64,000 nucleotides of DNA from Takakia lepidozioides (taxonomy: Eukaryota > Plantae > Bryophyta): assembly GCA_030704615.1 (NCBI GenBank), contig CM060734.1, positions 1,488,001-1,552,000 of the forward strand. The letters run 5' to 3'. Position 1 is the stretch's first letter, and each line of letters opens with the position of its first letter. Shown piece by piece: positions 59,918 to 64,000 of this stretch. The notes beneath the pieces are model-generated. The model worked only from the letters and a program-made list of their open reading frames with translations, was not told the origin of the DNA and searched no databases. The translations under genes were made by a program, and so were the position numbers.

Positions 59918-59928
59918 TTGGCGAGACT
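59918..59928 (+). promoter_or_regulatory. Self-priming type PBS
   Basis: TTGGCGAGACT is the exact complement of AGTCTCGCCAA (59632-59642), 31 nt after the TATA start. Confidence 0.8.
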
Positions 59929-59953
59929 AAAGTTTGTTCCTTAGTTAGTTAAG

Positions 59954-62311
59954 ATGGAAGGCACATTTGCGGAAATGGTCGCCACATTGCAAAGTCTTTA
60001 GCTCCAGATGCAAGAACTTCGTACCTCTACCGCCCAATTGCAAGCTGATTGTAATAACAAATTTCAGAGTTGAAGGAGTCGAACAATGGATCTTCAACCC
60101 ATACGAGTCCATACTGCAATAGCTCCTACTGCAATGGTTCCTCTTCAACAGATTACGAGAGAACCAAAAATCAACATGCCCGAGAAATTTGATGGGACGA
60201 GATCAAGATTTCGCGGTTTTGTTCAACAAGTACGACTGTTCCTACGACTACATCCACAATGCTACCCCAATGAAGGTATTCAAGTGGGATTTGTGGGCAC
60301 CCTTCTATCAGACACTGCCCTATCTTGGTTCGCACCGCTATTAGAAAAAAAATCGCATTTACTATATAATTTTGAAGCATTCATGTCCGAGTTCACTGCA
60401 ACGTTTGAAGAGAATGATAGAGAGAGAGTTGCAGAGACAAAGATGCGAAATCTTCGACAAGGAGCACGTCTTGCTTCCGTTTATGCTGTCGAATTTTGAC
60501 AACTTGCGTGCGACCTCGACTGAAATGAGAAGAGCCTCATTAGTCAGTTTCGATGTGGGCTAAAAGAGGATGTAAGAGATTTGTTGCTGACAATGCCAAA
60601 CGTGAGCACACTGAGTGAATTCATCACCCAAGTCATTGCATACGATAATCGTTTGTTCGAAAGATGTCAAGAGAAGCGATCTGGATGGTCGACGACGCAT
60701 CATGCCGCTGCTACTACGGCACTAAACACATCGATCCATCAGACATCCGGTAGTGATCCTATGCAGATTGATGTTGTCTGATTCAAGCCACTGACGCCAC
60801 AAGAAAAACAAAGACGACGCTCGAATGGATTATGCCTTTATTGCGGAGAAGAAGATCACATAGCATTAAACTGCCCCAACAAGAGAAGATTCAAAGCTCG
60901 GGGCGCAACTCAAGTGTTTGATACGAGGAGGTCAGAAAACGAAGATGTCCAGTCACAGTAGGGACCATGCGGCTGGACACCACAAATTTCTCACCGAAAA
61001 AATGTCTCTTTCTATCTCCAGACCCTGCACCTTGCTTCACAGTTTTGGTAAAAATCAGAGTGCAAAATCGAGATATCTCTGTAGAAGCACTTTTGGACTC
61101 AGGGGCTTCAGCTTGTTTTATGGACAAAAACTTTGCGAAGCAACACAATTTAACGCTCGTAAAGAAGAAACTCTCGGCCCCCGTTGAAGTCATCAATGGA
61201 CGACCTTTAGCATCAGGAAATGTGGACCATGAAACTCGACCACTTGAATAAAACTTAAAGATCAAGCATCACATATTGTTTTCAACGTCATCCAGTCTCC
61301 AACGAATCATGTGATCCTTGGACTTCCCTGGTTCGTACTTCACAATCCTGACATCGACTGGCGATCGCGAAAAATTTCTGCAAGACAAAAATGTAGAAAT
61401 ATCAAAGGTATTCAACCTCTATTCCTTGGAGCTAAAGCTTTCATGAGAGCTACCAAAAAGAATGCGACATTTGCACTTTATGCGACTCCGATCAAGACCA
61501 CAACAGACAAAGGTTCTCAACATTATCCGCTCAATATCAAGATTTCAAGGATGTCTTCAAGACGAAAAATGCAGACATATTGCCATAACATCGACCTTAT
61601 GACTGTGCAATTGAGTTACAAGAAGGAGCCCAACCACCATTCGGCCCAATCTATAACTTATCTCAGACGGAGTTGGTTGCATTACGTGAATACAATGATG
61701 AAAATTTGTCGAAGCACTTCATCCGATATTCAAAATCACTTGCGGGGGCGGCTATTTTGTTTGTGAAAAAGAAGGACGGATCATTACGCATGTGTGAAGA
61801 CTATGGCGGTCTCAACAAAGTTACAATTAAGAATCGTTATCCGTTGCCGCTGATTTCTGGGCTTCTCGACCAGCTAGGACGAGCGAAGATTTTCACCAAA
61901 ATTGACTTGAAAGGAGCTTACAACCTTGTACGGATAAAAGAAGGAGGCGAATGGAAAACAATTTTTTCGAACAAAATATGGACATTTTGAATACAGTGTT
62001 ATGCCTTTCGGTCTTACAAATGCTCCAGCAATTTTCCAACATATGATGAATGACAACTTTCGAGAATTTTTAGATGACTTTGTAGTCATCTATTTGGACG
62101 ACATTTTGATATTTTCACATAATGAAGAAGAACATTGTAGGCCGTCATATACGCCTTGTCCTTGATAATTTAAGAGAAAGATGATTATATGCCAAGTTGG
62201 AAAAATGTCTTTCCATCAATCTGAGGTCGAATTTCTGGGCTACATTATTTCCGACAAAGGTGTCTTTATGGATCAGAAGAAAATACAAACCATCATCGAG
62301 TGGATTAAACC
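59954..62311 (+). pseudogene. Tcn1-like chromovirus 5' half: gag, zinc knuckle, protease, RT; degenerate and truncated
   Basis: EPKINMPEKFDGTRSRFRGF (sushi/PEG10-type gag), [46 protein letters not shown]. Confidence 0.92.
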
Positions 62312-63760
62312 TCGCAGGAATCCTGACTGGCATACAGTGTATGCCCACCATGTCTGGAAGCTTATACTGTAAGACTTGTGTCAACCTCTTGCGGGCAAGA
62401 TTAGTGTATGCCCGTAGCTCATCATCTGTATAGCTGAGTGGTGTGCCAATGACTTTGGAGAAGTATAGCCACTTCTTGGCTTCATGCCCCTTGGAAAAAA
62501 TGTGGTCAAGACCCAAGTTCTCCTTGGTCAAGTTCTCCAGAGCAAAAGTAAACCAAGAACGAAGTTGGGGATCCTTCTGAAGCATGATCCTTACATCATA
62601 CAGATATGTATGTGATAGAACTGAAGGTAACACCCAATGCTCTCCACTGGAATAAGTCTGAAATCTCATCTGTATCTTCTGCTGCTCAATGTGATAGCGT
62701 GAAATAAAACAAGCAGTATATTACAATCCACAACCCATGACCAAACTAGGTACCTCCTTGGTCTCGGTGTAAGTGAATCCATGAACAATCTGGAAGGCAA
62801 TTTATTCCTTTAGCATGGTTCTTACCTCAGACCGGTACCGCGCAAAATGGTGATCTTCAATGGGTCTGTCAGTTGGAAGAACTTTAGTCCGAGTTGCCAC
62901 TAGCAACCAAATGCGCATAATCTGGTAATAGAGTGCCAAAGACTCTGGAGGACTGAATTCTTTCCAAGCCAAATCCATAACAATGGGAATTTGGTTGAAG
63001 GGTAGAATCATAGCCCGATTGTATTCAAGTGCAACAGGAGTAAAGAAGCATCACCCCAAACCTCAGACAGTGATTGCTGCAGTGCCATGGTATCAACACT
63101 GTCGACCTAGCGTGGTTGCTGTGATGTTGTTGCCACAGTCCCTCCTGATGTTGGCAAGTCTTGCACTTCCTGTGCTGAAGATTGGAAAATCAAAGTCCTT
63201 GCGTGCAAATAAGTAGTTGTTCCTTAGGAACAAAGGCCTTTTTGTCAATGTTGGAGCTCAAGTCATCCACTTGAGTCTGCAGTCCTTCTACATCCTCCTG
63301 TAACTCAACTATCCGACTATAGACATTGTCTATAGTGGTTGTGGCAATGTTCTACACCCGTAACCTGAGATCATTCATCTCGTCTTGGGTGAGCTTTCTT
63401 AGTGCTTTCCCTTCCACTGGCCCTTGTGTTAACCACTCTTGCAAATGATGATTATCCACCAAGTCTTGTGTAACACTACGGAGATCCTGCTCCTCCTTGA
63501 GCCGGTATGCTTCCAACTGCTGTTGTAAACTCTCCATGCGCTTCGCATGAGGCTCAACCAGAGCTGCATAGGCAGCTGACAAATTATTGGCTTCTTTCCA
63601 GGCCATTTCACTCACAGAAAGTTCATTCTCCCGTACTGTGATTGTTTGCTGCAATTCAAAGATGTACTTGTCCTTCTGGGCATCGACCCGGTGGAACTGC
63701 TGAATGATATCCTCATTGCGACAGATATAGCCTTCATGTCAGCAATGAGTTTCCCCTGCT
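62312..63760 (-). pseudogene. Second copy of the C-terminal half of the GyA accessory ORF
   Basis: PFNQIPIVMDLAWKEFSPPESL, RPIEDHHFARY, YSSGEHWVLPSV and NNLSAAYAALVEPHAKRME all match 45830-47290. Confidence 0.88.
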
Positions 63761-64000
63761 CCTAAACTGATTGTCATGGCTATAACAGGAGCAATTTCTC
63801 TCCTTTACTCGCATTACCTGTTTTTTTGCTTCGTATCGCGAGTGGGATCAGATGGCTCAAGCTGCGTCGCTTCCACAAGTCTTAAAGGTTGTAGTGGTTG
63901 CACACATCTTTGTTTGCTTTCCATAGCATGCTTGACAGCGATAGCAAGCACGCACACCTGCTGATACTTGATGCATCCTCACTAACTGGCACCTTTGTGG

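Overview
Eukaryotic, repeat-saturated DNA from a plant, probably a non-seed land plant. That placement is an inference from PLS-class PPR repeats, Tcn1- and Galadriel-type chromoviruses and a RandI/Dualen-like LINE. I found no intact host gene. Contents: (1) A non-chromovirus Ty3/gypsy family, called GyA here, with ~0.9-0.96 kb LTRs, a tRNA-Arg-type PBS and large accessory ORFs. It occurs as one near-complete copy (44563-56580) and many scrambled fragments. (2) A complete Galadriel-type chromovirus with a CACGT target-site duplication (27420-34389). (3) A Tcn1/Tf1-like chromovirus in two oppositely oriented halves, whose PBS matches its own predicted transcript start (self-priming). (4) RandI/Dualen-like LINE fragments (RT, RNase H, CCHC, restriction-like endonuclease) with a 2A-like motif, plus a tRNA-derived SINE family sharing a structured 3' end with the LINE. 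(5) PPR pseudo-repeats and several tandem or palindromic arrays. The most striking hidden item is a decayed three-intron gene (12558-14354), not visible in the ORF track. It has the motif order of a beta-class N4-cytosine/N6-adenine DNA methyltransferase, spliced to an unknown C-terminal domain that has a diverged paralogue at 37.5-37.8 kb. All family assignments come from motif recognition by eye, not database searches. Fragment boundaries are approximate unless a terminal motif is cited.
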